Below are positions 1 through 12,719 of a stretch of 64,000 bases of DNA, in pieces. The stretch comes from Dendrobates tinctorius (Eukaryota). The notes under the pieces are model-generated. The model searched no databases. It was not told the DNA's origin and worked only from the letters and a program-made list of their open reading frames with translations. Within the stretch, counting starts at the first letter, position 1. Every line of letters starts with the position of its first letter. The translations under genes and the position numbers were made by a program. The DNA lies in NCBI RefSeq assembly GCF_039654945.1, contig NW_027361810.1:3162001-3226000 (forward strand), written 5' to 3'.

Positions 1-940
1 GTGCAAGCCACTCATAAGCATCAAGAGTCAAAGGGCTAGACTGGACTTTGCTAAAAAACATCTAAAAAAGCCAGCACAGTTCTGGAAGAACATTCTATGG
101 ACAGATGAAACCAAGATCAACCTCTACCAGAATGATGGAAAGAGAAAAGTATGGCGAAGGCGTGGTACAGCTCATGATCCAAAGCATACCAGATCATCTG
201 TAACACACGGCGGAGGCGGTGTGATGGCTTGGGCATGCATGGCTGCCAGTGGCACTGGGTCACTAGTGTTTATTGATGATGTGACACGGGACAGAAGCAG
301 CCGAATGAATTCTGAGGTATTCAGAGCCATACTGTGTGCTCAGATCCAGCCAAATGCAGGCACACTGATTGGTCGTCGTTTCATACTACAGATGGACAAT
401 GACCCAAAACATAAAGCCAAAGCAACCCAGGAGTTTATTAAATCAAAGGAGTGGAATATTCTTGAATGGCCAAGTCAGTCACCTGATCTCAACACAATTG
501 AGAATGCATTTCACTTGTTAAAGACTAAACTTCAGACAGAAAGGCCCACAAACAAACAGCAACACAAACCACCGCAGTGAAGGCCTGGCAGAGCATCAAA
601 AAGCAGGAAACACAGCGTCTGGTGATGTCCATGAGTCCAAGACTTCAGGCAGCCATTGCCAACAAAGGGTTTTCAACCAAGTACTAGAAATGAACATTTT
701 ATTTACAATTATTTAATCTGTCCAATTACTTTTGGTCCCTTTATAAACAGGGTGGCACATGTTAAGGAGCTGAAACTCCTAAACCCTTCATCCAATTTTA
801 ATGTGGACACCCTCAAATGAAAGCTGAAAGTCTGAACTTCAACTGCATCTGAATTGTTTTGTTTAAAATTCATTGTGTTAATGGCTAGAACCAAAATTAG
901 AAAAATGTTGTCTCTGTCCAAATATATATGGACCTAACTG
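1..940 (+). mobile_element. Tc1-family DNA transposon, right part (left end outside window)
   Basis: Transposase remnant followed by IR/DR-type right TIR (inner DR tgtccaattacttttggtcc ~719-739, outer tgtccaaatatatatggacctaactg ending 940), then TA target site at 941-942. Confidence 0.9.
2..687 (+). pseudogene. Tc1 DD34E transposase, 5' part outside window, frameshifted near 565
   Basis: Frame 2 reads KPLI..ARLDFAKKH..WTDETKI..HGGGGVMAWAC..QMDNDPKH..WPSQSPDLNTIE (34 residues between D and E); the C-terminus ..RLQAAIANKGFSTKY* is in another frame and stops at 685-687. Confidence 0.9.
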
Positions 941-1054
941 TATATGCAACAAGTTAATGGCATTGGCTCAGGATGCATCACTAATTAAGGGAAAAGAGCG
1001 TAAAACCCAAAATAAGAGCATTAAACGGCGATTCTGAACACTGTCCATAATCTC

Positions 1055-1262
1055 CTATCCACAATAGAGGCAAAAATTTGGGGATTGGTGGGGTCCAAGC
1101 CTTGGGACCACCACCAATCCAGAGGACAGAGCTGTAGAAAATGAGTAGAGTCGGAAGTCAGAGCCCTGCCCTCACTAACCCTGTGGTCGGACCCCCACTG
1201 ATGAGAAAGTGGTCACCTTTCCTGGGGACAGATGATATTCGTTGCTGGAAATAACCCTTTAC
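1055..1262. mobile_element. Degenerate T2/Kolobok-type MITE fragment
   Basis: Internal ggggtcc..ggacccc palindromes and a right end gaaataaccct-tta, resembling amphibian TTAA MITE termini. Confidence 0.4.
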
Positions 1263-1612
1263 TGTAAATGTCTCTAGGTGTGGCGTAAACGTCACTGATC
1301 CTTCCATCACTGGTGTGTGGAGCCGTGCTGTCCCAGGAGAATCCCAGGGGCCCTATCTGATACAACACGGAGCCCCTCCAGAAGACCCCAAGTGGCGGTG
1401 ACTTAGACGCCGATCACCACGGTCTTATATTTATTAGATGCTAGTGATGATCTATCTCTCATGTGTCTGCACAGGTGGAGGGTTACATGGTGTGAACAGG
1501 TCTGCAGTCGGCCCCGATGCGCTGCACCCAGTCAGCTCAGTCCACACTTCGCATGTTGACCCTGGTTAGTTTCATGTCATTAGATTACATTATAAGGGGT
1601 GTTCTCATGATC

Positions 1613-1832
1613 TGGCGGATGGTCGACGTATCCGGCCGATGGGCGACGTATCCGGCCGATGGGCGACGTATCCGGCCGATGGGCGACGTATCCAGCGGAC
1701 GGGCGATGTATGTGACGGATCGCCGATGTATCTGGCAGATGGGCGATGTATCCGGCGGATGGGAGATCTATGTGATGAATGGGCGATGTATCCGGCAAAT
1801 AGTCGATGTATGCGGTGGATCGCCGATGTATC
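1613..1832. repeat. 20-bp minisatellite (gatgggcgacgtatccggcc)n
   Basis: About 11 tandem copies, near-perfect at 1620-1700 and degenerating rightward. Confidence 0.85.
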
Positions 1833-4800
1833 AGACAGGGCCAAGCACTTGTACTTACTCTGGGCCCCATTTCATGTTACATGTGGGGTTTGCACTACGG
1901 GGCCCGCAGATCCCAGAAGGTGGTAGTACAAGCTCGCAATGCTGCAGCCAAAACAACATGACGGAGGCGCCGCCCGCCGCGGCCTTATCTCATCGCTCGC
2001 ACTGCGGTCAGGGAGGATAAGTGAAGCTGAACAGCTTCCTCCGTGCGGGGAAGTCCACACTGTCTGCACCGAGAGGACAGAAAGTTATGAAACGTCTCCA
2101 CCACTTATAACACCCGTCATGTACAGTGCTCATCACAGCTGTGACCTGCAGACAATATCTGCAGTACTAAACGTACGGCTCACACAAAATGATGGCAAAC
2201 CTCCATTCTTTACACTGCAGGAAAAAGCTTTGATATCACTAAGTGAATTCCTTCAAAGTCCGCTCACCGTTATTTCAAGGGTTGGATCCACTTTTTTTTG
2301 CCAAGTTCAGAGTTGTGAATACTTTCCTGGCATGTTTAGCTAGACGAGGGGTCACCATTACAGTGCCCATTGGGGCTGTCACCCTACAGGCCTTGTACCG
2401 ATGACAGGCAGAAGTCCTGGCCTTATTGTCAGTGAAGATCACAGAAACCAACATCCAGAATCCGGCTTCTCCACTGGACGCGTGCACAAGCTGATGATAC
2501 AGATTTATGCATTGGATTTAGGGACCGTGAAGGTGGAGAGGGTTCCCAATACCCGGCAGAAATATCGCAGCACCACTTCGGGGGAAGACGGCAGCACAGC
2601 CCCAAATCAGAGCCAGTGGGAAGTTAGACACGATGATGAGCCGGTGGCCTGACACCAATCTCCTGGATCGAGGAGTCAAATCTCCAGATGACTGATAGGC
2701 AGAATGGAGGAGTGATGAGATTGGGGATGTGATTACTGGAGCCGTCCAGCCCCACAGCTGCCGCAGAAATATGGCGGACGCCACCCAAAAATAACGACTG
2801 CATAAAGGGGATTCTGATTACTAACATCACCGACATGCAGGATGTCTCAGTGCGATGTACAGAACGAGGGGATCTCTACTCAGCCGGGTCAGGAGAGAAG
2901 CAGAAGGGGGCCGCTGTACAACACCAGCGCAGAGGCCCCCGCGATCCAGGGATCACCCCCAATAATCAGACTAACACTCTGCTTCCTAATATATAATTAG
3001 GATGCCTGCTGCACCTGCATTAATGTCTACATCACCACGTCTATGGAGGACCACCACAACCATGGCCCGTGCTGCCCACCGCTCCTGGGCACTGAAGGGT
3101 ATGGCGACAATCTGGGCTGCATCACATTGACGGCTAATGAAGGAAAGCTCGTTAGATGGGGTAATTACGAGGTATAAGCACAATTATTAATCAGGGCTTT
3201 GTCTGCAAAACAGGTGGCAGAAATCCTAATAATGACCCGACCTCCATCCATCGCGGTGACGGCTCCGTACAAGACGTCGGTCGCCTCCCGGCCGAACAGA
3301 CCACGACACAAGGATGTTTCTATAATTTTGATAAGAATCATTTCCTCCTGAGTCCTCAAATTATGAAACTTGTAATCACAAAGCAACAAGTCCCCAGAGA
3401 AGAAAAGGTGTAAAATGTCCAGAAAAGCAAATGTGTCATCTGGACACCACTGCCGAATGGCTGATACACGTGGCGCGGTGCCCGGCTCCGGGCGCACAGT
3501 TACTCGCTCCCTTGGATTCGGATTTTTCATCTTCCTAAATTCTGGACAGCATCAATGGTGACGGGAGCCGCAACGCCTCCTCTGGCCGCTGCATTTCTGC
3601 ACGTCGTGTTCCTGATATCTGAGCAGATAAATCCACCCGGGGAATTGTGCAGTAGATCCTCGTAGGACCACCCCGGCAGTCTCCGCACGGCTGTCCCTCT
3701 CCCCTGTGTATGGCAGATGTCCACAGCCGACGCCGCTGCCCGGATAACCCACTGACCTAGATTTCAGCTCCGAGTAAAAGCACAAAGGCCTGATGGCTTC
3801 ATTCATGTGACAAATTCACCGAGCAGAGTGGTGACGTCATACTGCGTGGGTGACCGCACCGCAGACTGCAAGGGACGCGCACCTCGCCAGCACTCTCCAC
3901 GCTGGGGTATCGTGCACCGTTCTGACCCCATTCTCGTCACCAGTGAACGCCACAATAAAGGTTTTCTAGAGTTCAGATGAAGCACAAATCTAGAATAAGA
4001 GACAGGTCTCCATTTCTTGATGATTTGTATTAATGACCCCCGCTTCAAGGGGTCTCCAAAACCCCAAAATAACAGAGGCGGTAGGTCACGAGCCCCATAA
4101 AGTGCTGCTGGGGTCACACCTTGCAAAAAATCATGTCATTTTGCACATCTTCTGGAGACAAGCAGCGACCTTCCCAGGGACAGACGCTGACACGCTGCCG
4201 GCAGCCACTGCACATTACAAGGTTGTAGTCACATCACGGAGAATGGGAGTCACAGTCGCTGACATCCCTGAGCCGCAGGTTACCTTAGAAACTACAAGTA
4301 TCCTCTGCAGTCACACCACCTCCTGCTGCTTCTACAGAATGTGCTGTCACTTTAAGACTAGTTAACTCTGAATGCACCATGCAGAGAATGCAAGACCCCC
4401 GGAGTGAGGGGCACAGTAACTGGCTCAGGGCCATGGGCTGTACCTATGGGTGCAGAGGGGCAAAAAGTGGCCATTATACAATCTCCGCCAACATCCGTAA
4501 ATGCGGGATAATCCTTAGAATTTCGCTTTGCAAGAGGTGCAGCTTCTGGGGCACAATGCAGTAAGCGCAGTGAAGCCCCCTGTGCACACACTGCAGCGGT
4601 GGTCTCTGCTACTCAGCTACCTCAGGAATAAAACGCCGTAGCCATTCCGATACCCGTGGCCACATTAGAGCCGATTGCCGCTCTCATCTAGGGCCGGATG
4701 TCTCCTGCCCCGCGGTCAGCATTACTGTGCAGTGATGGAGAGGTCAATGCCAGGCAGCTGCAGAAAAGGCCACGATATCTCCGGAAATGTCAGAAGGGGC

Positions 4801-4924
4801 AAACACGCACAGGACTTTACATCTGTTCTAGTCGGGTAAAGGATATAGCAGAGCCGGGGCGGTGTAACCGGCGGGAGCCAAGTGTAGAATGGAAAAACTG
4901 GACTGCGAAATCCAGAATGATCAA

Positions 4925-5312
4925 AGACAAGTCCAGCGATACCTTTACATGGCTGGACTGCGCCTCCATTACTGAGAAATCAGAGTTTGAATTGATATGC
5001 AGAAGAGGCTGAAGAGCTACGGTAGATTTGAAGCCTCTGTCACTCCAGCTCTATTCCCCGCCCAGCACAGCCTCCTCCTGCCTGACGGTCTCTATACGAT
5101 GTGGCGTCAGGCAAAGGCTGGAGGTGGAACAGAGCTGGTGTGACGGAGGCTTCAGATCTACAATAACTTTTCAGTTTCATTTGCATATCAATTCAAACCC
5201 CGATTTCTCAGTAACGGATGAATGGGCCAGTCGTGTAAAGGAATCGCTGGACTTGTCCTTAACATGTGCATTTAGCCCTTTCAATAGTTTAATGCTGACA
5301 AAATCCCTTTAA
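4925..5312. mobile_element. Foldback MITE (T2/Kolobok-like)
   Basis: ~140-bp imperfect inverted arms (gacaagtccagcgatacctttaca.. / ..tgtaaaggaatcgctggacttgtc) and right end tgacaaaatccct-ttaa. Confidence 0.6.
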
Positions 5313-5676
5313 TGACCGCAAGGTGGTGTAGAAATTATGCGGCGATTAACAATAAGAAACCAATTAATGCAGAAACACAGTGGAAAGAAGCCTGGGACGG
5401 TCAAGAAGCGGCGACACGCCAGGAGTGCACCTGGAAGCCGATAGGTATTGGAGCTGGAGAGGGAAAGAACAACTATGGGGAGAGAGAGACGTCCAGTGAT
5501 TCCTATATAGCCAGGAAGTATGAAAGAAGATTCTTTACTGTAAAAGCAGGGGAGCGATGGGTCATTGCATTATATCTAAGAAAATAAATGAAATAAGTTT
5601 GGAATCACCACAAAGGTACTGCACGAAGAATCAGATCCCCGGCTCGTCTCACCAGACGATCACCGGCTTGTCTCAC

Positions 5677-5819
5677 CAGACGATGGCAATGAGCTGCACT
5701 GCCACATCCAGAGAGAATGTACCGTAAAACAAATGGTGTTCTTTAAAGCTACACCTCGGCCCACAAATAACGAGCCCTCGTGTCTCAGGAGATGAAAGAA
5801 GAAATAAAAGTTACAGCTC
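5677..5819 (-). other. Candidate exon of the minus-strand transcript from the 16.2-kb CpG island
   Basis: Strong acceptor ttttttccctttttctctccag|G at 5820/5819 and donor CTG|GTGAGA at 5677/5676; no recognisable protein. Confidence 0.35.
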
Positions 5820-6499
5820 CTGGAGAGAAAAAGGGAAAAAACAAAACCACAAACTGGGCAAAGTGGGAACAAAAGCTACAAACACTGGACTCTCCGGGGG
5901 ACGATCAGAACAATCGCCTGGTGGGAAGTGTAGAGGCTGAATGACTGATACCCAGATCATCCCTTCCCCTGAATTCTGCCTCCTCAGCTGCGAAGAAAAC
6001 GCCGGTAGCTGCGGCCCGCGGCACAAAGCAGAGCAGTGTTCTGCGGCTCCGGATAGTCACATGCAGAGAGTTCTGGTCCATGTGTAACCAAAGATTTCTC
6101 CATGAAATGGGAAAGATGTAGAGGAACGTGAATGGGGAATCGAAAATAATCCGGAAAGGTTCATATTCAACAACGGAACAAACGAGACATGAAGGATTCA
6201 ACCCGTCCATCGTCCCAGAGGAAAGACGCCACACGTAAAAACCGCCATCACCTATAGAAAGAGCTCCTGGAGGGACATGTATCAGCCCCGCACATACGTG
6301 ACAACAATAGGGCCAATAATATACTGTAAGAGTGGCCACCGGGAGACCATGCCGCAGAACATCGCCCGTCACACCGCAGAATCCACAGGTAAATGGCGCA
6401 TCCCGATCTCTGGGGACAGAGTCACATACGCAGCCAGCTGCGATGCTGTGCAGGTTTTGGTGCCTCTGTATCATAACGGTGATTCTTTGCATAGGTACT

Positions 6500-7000
6500 G
6501 ACATATACCGGGAACACCCCCATAGACCGTAAGCATACCGCGAACACCCCAGAGACTGGCCATATACTGGAAACAACCCCTAAGGAAGTCATACACCAAG
6601 AACACCCCCCCGAGACAGGTCATATACTGGGAACATCCCCCAAGACTGTCATACTCAAAGAACACCCCGCGAGACAGGTCATATACTGGGAACATCCCCC
6701 AAGACTGTCACACTCCAAGAACACCCCGCAAGACAGGTCATATACTGGGAATACCCCCCCAGACCGTCATACACAAGAAACACCCCCCCGAGACACTCCG
6801 TATCCCGGGAACATCCTTCAAGACCGTCATACACCAGAAACCCCCCCCAAGCTCATTATAAACCAGGAACACCCTGCAAGACCATCCGTATAACGGGAAC
6901 ACTCCTACAAGACCCGTCATATACCTGGAACACCCCACAAGACAAAACCAAGCAAGATGGCCATATACTAGTGAGACCGGCCATATACCGGGAACCGGTA
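6500..7000. repeat. Degenerate ~29-30-bp minisatellite (gtcatatactgggaacatcccccaagact), partly as 59-bp dimers
   Basis: Repeated catata..gaacacccc..agac motif, about 16 copies. Confidence 0.75.
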
Positions 7001-8074
7001 AGACCATCTGCTTTGGAAATGACCCGGCCATCTACATGTCACACTCCGGCCTGCACATCCTTACATTTGCCCATTCTCTCTCACTGTTCAGACTGCTGGT
7101 GCCACTATAACAAGACAGTGACGGTTTTTCATGTGTAGTTGGTGGCTTTAATATTGTGGCTGATGGGTGCACATCTCCGGCACCCGCTGGGTTACGTCCG
7201 CTTCACTTCCCACATTACAAATAATTAAAACAGTGGAAAAGGGATTAGGGAGTTGGAGGGGGGGGGGGGGGGGGGGAAATCACCCGAGGGCGGCCATTTC
7301 TACACTAAACACTTCCGAAACAAGTTACTGGGAGCTCTGGGAAGCCGATCATTAGATATAGTGCGCATATTTCTGAGGACAACACGCGTCTCCGGTGACA
7401 CGAGTGCGGCTGGTGATGCTGCGGAGATCCTCCGTCTGCTGCTCCCCGGGGCTCCACCATGAAGGCTCCTGCACGCCCCCCAAGGCTGAAATGAGCTGCA
7501 AACGTCAGGATGATCTATTGGATCTGTACTAGATCTGATCGCGGTGCCCCCTGCAGTCGTCCAGTCTGTCGCTGCCAGGAATAATCGGATTTATTCTGCA
7601 AAAGTGAAATATCGCGGACTAATCTGACGTCAAGATTCATTTCCCTTATTGCTTGGCCTTAGTATTTAATTTCTATTTTCAAGATCTCTGGTTGCTGTCA
7701 GAAGAGAGAAACATCCAGAGGCTGAGACCATGTACAGATCTGAGGCCGTGTCCACGTGAAGGAGGAAAAAAAAAAAAAAACTATTTTGCACAGAAGTCAA
7801 ATATTCAGGATTGGATTTCTGCCGATTTCCAGCTTGCACTGATGAAGATGCTTCCCAAGGATTCGCCCCCTGCAGAAATACACACCTCAAGGAACGGGGG
7901 AAATCAAAAGTCAAGGAGAAATGGAAATCACGTTCGAAACCTCTGGATTCTGCAGTCCGGGTCTGAGCCTCGTGCAGAAATCCCGGATCCTCCGGCCTCG
8001 GATACTGTCATTGAGGTCATTAATGGTCGACCGAGGAAGGTTATGCCACTGAATGCACTTGGGTAAATCAAAAT

Positions 8075-9020
8075 CCGCTGCTGGCAGCTCCTGTGTACTC
8101 ACAGACCAATGACACCCCTGACATGATATATGGAGACAAGTCCACAGACCCTGCCGACAGCTCCTGTGTAATCATCTACCAATGACATCCCCAATGTGCT
8201 TGATGGAGTCAAGTCCGGAGACGCTGCTGACACGGGAGCAGGTGCAGGCCAATTAAAGTAGCACCGGCAACATGCTGTATGGGGACACTTTGGAGAAACC
8301 GCCGCACCACTGGTTTCACCACCAAATCAATGTAACACCGAGCTATAAGTGGACCTAGAATGTAGACTAGAGGGGTCTGGCTACCGCACATTATGCCCCC
8401 CCACAGCATAATCCCAGGAGTAAAACCGATGTGATGTTCCCTCGTGAAGGCCTTTTCATGGTGTTGCCCTCGTGGTCTTCTAGCCCAATCTCCCGCTATC
8501 ATTGCATCCAAGACAAAAGTGGGAATCATCGCAGAAGAGGACAGGCCTCCATTCCACCGTCCATTGCAGTCTTGCTCTGCATCATGATCGCCTTTAAGAT
8601 CGGTGGTTTGAGGCCAGTGGACACCTGCAGCCATACGTCCGGTTTGTAGCCCGATATCGTGCAGACGCCCCGTTGGTTGTGTCGCCTTAGTCTCGGTGTG
8701 TGACGTGGAATTTCAACTGAAGCATACATAGATCAATCGTGGACCAAGTGGTGCGGCCATTTCTCCAAAGTGTCCCAGGAGTTGATTTTTCACATGACAC
8801 CCCCAGGCTGTACGCTCCTCGCCCGCGTGGCCTGAACCCGCTCTAATGGCCGCAGCGTCTCCGGACTTCTCTCCATCGAGTACATCAGGGATGTCATTGG
8901 TCGGTGATTACACAGGAGCTGCCGGCGGCATCTCTGGACATGTCTCCATCGAGCACATCATTGGTTGGTGATTACACAGGAGCAGCCTGCAGTGGATCCT
9001 GATGATTTGTACATTCAGCG
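8075..9020. mobile_element. Two degenerate Tc1-like transposase fragments in inverted orientation
   Basis: Minus copy ~8150-8430 (PGIMLWGGI..TPLVYI..YIDLVVKPVVRRFLQSVP..SPDL); plus copy ~8725-8930 (VVRPFLQSVP..SPDFS..DVIGR); they share gtggtgcggc..tttctccaaagtgtccc and gatgtcattggt. Confidence 0.65.
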
Positions 9021-9099
9021 TGCCGGGATTTCTGCTTGTTGTTCCGACTTGATAATGAATAATCCAGATCTGAAAATTTTGCTTCCATTTTATTCATAA

Positions 9100-10563
9100 C
9101 TAGCTGAAGAGCCCGGCGCTGCCCGGGCATAGTAATTAACTGTGGTTAGTTATAACAAATTATAATTATCCTCCATCCCATAGGCCCGTGCCCATATACC
9201 CATCATACATATCCACGATCCCATAGTCCCGTGCCCATATACCCATCACACATCCTCCATCCCATAGGCCCGTGCCCATATACCCATCACACATATCCGC
9301 CATCCCATAGTCCCGTGCCCATATACCCATCACACATCCTCCATCCCATAGTCCAGTGCCCATATACCCATCACACATCCTCCATCCCATAGGCCCGTGC
9401 CCATATACCCATCATACATATCCTCCATCCCATAGTCCAGTGCCCATATACCTATCACACATCCTCCATCCCATATTCCAGTGCCCATATACCCATCACA
9501 CATCCTCCATCTCATAGTCCCATGCCCATATACCCATCATACATATCCTCCATCCCATAGTCCCGTGCCCATATACCCATCACACATCCTCCATCCCATA
9601 GTCCAGTGCCCATATACCCATCACACATCCTCCATCCCATAGTCCAGTGCCCATATACCCATCACACATCCTCCATCCCATAGTCCAGTGCCCATATACC
9701 CATCACACATCCTCCATCCCATAGTCCAGTGCCCATATACCCATCACACATCCTCCATCCCATAGTCCAGTGCCCATATACCCATCACACATCCTCCATC
9801 CCATAGTCCCGTGCCCATATACCCATCATACATATCCGCCATCCCATAGTCCAGTGCCCATATACCCATCACACATCCTCCATCCCATAGTCCAGTGCCC
9901 ATATACCCATCACACATCCTCCATCCCATAGGCCCGTGCCCATATACCCATCATACATCCTCCATCCTATAGTCCAGTGCCCATATACCCATCACACATC
10001 CTCCATCCCATAGTCCCGTGCCCATATACCCATCACACATCCTCCATCCCATAGTCCAGTGCCCATATACCCATCACACATCCTCCATCCCATAGTCCCG
10101 TGCCCATATACCCATCACACATCCTCCATCCCATAGTCCCGTGCCCATATACCCATCACACATCCTCCATCCCATAGTCCAGTGCCCATATACCCATCAC
10201 ACATCCTCCATCCCATAGTCCAGTGCCCATATACCCATCACACATCCTCCATCCCATAGTCCCGTGCCCATATACCCGTCATACATATCCTCCATCCCAT
10301 AGTCCAGTGCCCATATACCCATCACACATCCTCCATCCCATAGTCAACCATTATGACATGGGCGGCGGGGCTTGCAACCTATGATGACATCAGCGTCGCC
10401 ATGGCAACCATTATGACATCATGAGGGGCGGGGCTTAATACACACTTTTTCCCCATTATGTAGATAGGGGCATAATTGTTTGGTGAATTTGGTGAATTGT
10501 AGCTGCGACGGTGCGGATGCCAATCCCGGACACATACACACACATTGAGCTTTATATATTTGA
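9100..10563 (-). mobile_element. Non-autonomous Helitron carrying a minisatellite
   Basis: Minus strand reads A|TC(aaatatataaagct..) at 10563 and CTAG|T at 9100, with a GC hairpin gcccgg-cgctgc-ccgggc (9111-9128) 7 nt from the CTAG; inserted between A and T with no TSD. Confidence 0.8.
9167..10345. repeat. 41-bp minisatellite (atcctccatcccatagtccagtgcccatatacccatcacac)n inside the Helitron
   Basis: About 28 near-identical copies, some 43-bp variants. Confidence 0.95.
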
Positions 10564-11004
10564 TTTGCAGATCAGTGACGTCTCTATCCTGCGATTTCCA
10601 TCAATCCACCACTGTTGGATGTGTATGTAACATGCGGAATACCTGCCCAGATCTGTGCGAACGCGCCCCAAAACAAGGACGCATGTGCTGCAGAATTTCA
10701 ATAGCCGCATTTCCTCATGCAGACATTGATGTAGTTTCCGCAGTCGTAAATGGGAGAAATGTCGCTGTGAATATCTGCAGTAAATCCACAGCGCAACATA
10801 AAAGAAATTCTGCTGCAAATTTGTTCTGTGTGAACAAGCGCCGATAGTTTTCACAGCTGAGCATTTGTTACAACTGCAGAGGCAGAATCCTCCAGATCAA
10901 TGCTTCCCCACAGAATGTGAAATAATCTCTAGACTAATCCAACCGGATCCTAAAATCTACAGTAATCTGAATGAAATGGGATAAGGAGTAACAAACGGGT
11001 GTAA

Positions 11005-11363
11005 GGCTGCGTCCACATGGTCAGTTACCGGCAGCGCTTTGAAGGCAACACATGTCCACAGCGCTGCTGGCTTTTGAACGCAGGTGATTCCGCATGTGTT
11101 CATTGAGCCGTGCGGAATCATCGCATCCAATACATTGCACTGGTGATATTTATCTTGCAGAGATGGAGAGTTTCCGCAAAATAAATAGACATGCTGCAGT
11201 CTGGAAATACGCGCCTCATGTCCGTCTCCACAGGGAAGCCGCGGGCGCTGGTGTGCGCATAGTGAGCATTTATGAAATCCCATCCACTGTGCTGTAACAT
11301 CCGGACGATGCGGATGTACGGAGCATCCAACTCGCAGCGTTTACTGACCGTGGGAACGTACCC
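11005..11363. mobile_element. PIF/Harbinger-type MITE
   Basis: taa|ggctgcgtccacatggtcagt .. actgaccgtgggaacgtaccc imperfect TIRs. Confidence 0.6.
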
Positions 11364-11399
11364 AAAGGGCCTGACCATCCTCGTCTGCTAAAGCCCAGG

Positions 11400-11805
11400 T
11401 GCCTGCAGTCTGCGTGCCCGAGCCGCGTCCCCGCCTGCAGTCGGCGTGCCCGAGCCGCGTCCCCGCCTGCAGTCGGCGTGCCCGAGCCGCGTCCCCGCCT
11501 GCAGTCGGCGTGCCCGAGCCCTGTTTCTGCCTGCAGTCGGCGGACCCGAGCCTTATCTCTGCCTGCAGTCGGCGTACCCGAGTCACGTGCCAGCCTGCGT
11601 ACCCGAGTCACGTGCCAGTCTGCGTACCCGAGCCCTGTCTCTGCCTTCAGTCGGCATACCTGAGCCGTCTCTGCCTTCAGTCGGCATACCCGAGCCCTGT
11701 CTCTCCCTTCAGTCGGCGCACCTGAACCCTGTCTCTGCCTTCAGTCTGCGTACCCGAACCCTGTCTCTGCCTTCAGTCTGCGTACCTGAGCCCTGTCTCT
11801 GCTTG
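11400..11805. repeat. 32-bp GC-rich minisatellite (gcgtgcccgagccgcgtccccgcctgcagtcg)n
   Basis: Period 32 (11414 to 11446), drifting along the array. Confidence 0.85.
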
Positions 11806-12428
11806 CCCCGAGGGGTCCATGATTATGTAAATTAGTCTTTTTCAGCAGCACAGAGGATGTCAGGATTCCATTGCTGCAGGAGAATAACAGCGGCCATGCT
11901 GGATCAAGCTGAGCTCCACAACCTGTGGATTTAAGCAAACTACAACTCCCAGCATGCTCTGGCAGCTGGAGAGCCACAGTGTTCAGAGCACTGCATAGAG
12001 GGAGTGATGCATGGTAATCAGGTGAAGGGTGGCAGCTGCTGCGCGCAGGGTATAATGGGGGGATTGTCCGTGGGGGTCATGGGCTGCTCGCCATGTACAG
12101 TCACGGATCACAGAAAGCAAGAAATTTGTGCTGCACAGCAAATACGTTGTTCATCCGCAGCTTCCTATGACAAAGGGAAGGATCCCGCTGTGACCAGAGA
12201 GCTGTGGATATACAGTGACGTCACCTATAGCCACGGACCCCCCATAAACTCCACCGAGCATTGCAGAAAAATACAGGTAGCCGCACAAATGCTGGAAACT
12301 TCACAAGGAACCCCTACAGATGATTTAAGACCCCCGGATAATATTAGAAGGGGGGAGAAGGATCCACAAGGGGAATGCATGCAAGGTGGGGGGAGGGGCA
12401 CATACTTTCATTCCTGCACACACTTTAC

Positions 12429-12622
12429 CTTCATATAAGAGCCACGTTCTGCAGTTTTGTGGTGAGGAAATGGGTCTCCCAGCTGCTCCAGTGTCGGAGG
12501 TGGGGGTCTTGCTCTTGGACCTCAGTCACACTGGGGTCTCGGAGGAGACAGCAGTCTCGGCAGATGGAGCCTCATACTGTCAGAGACGATCATGGAAGAG
12601 AGTGCAGGGAGGGGAGGCCGCT
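12429..12622 (-). other. Candidate non-coding exon 2 of the minus-strand transcript
   Basis: Acceptor tctctcaccccctctctgtag|A and donor AAG|GTAAAG; stops in all three frames (short uORF only). Confidence 0.4.
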
Positions 12623-12719
12623 CTACAGAGAGGGGGTGAGAGATGTGCGTCCCTGGGGGTGCAGAGATCTATAGGGGATGGCAGGGAGTCAGCTGACCAA
12701 CAGTACAGAGGTGAAGAGC

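Noticed and set aside
2980-3240. TAAT-rich stretch resembling a conserved homeodomain enhancer
   Set aside because: Cannot be supported without cross-species alignment.
5688-5712. TGGCAGTG miR-34/449-like seed on the minus strand
   Set aside because: The following sequence does not match the mature miRNA and no pre-miRNA hairpin is evident.
7258-7276. 19-nt G homopolymer (G-quadruplex potential)
   Set aside because: Isolated homopolymer whose length is error-prone; no supporting context.
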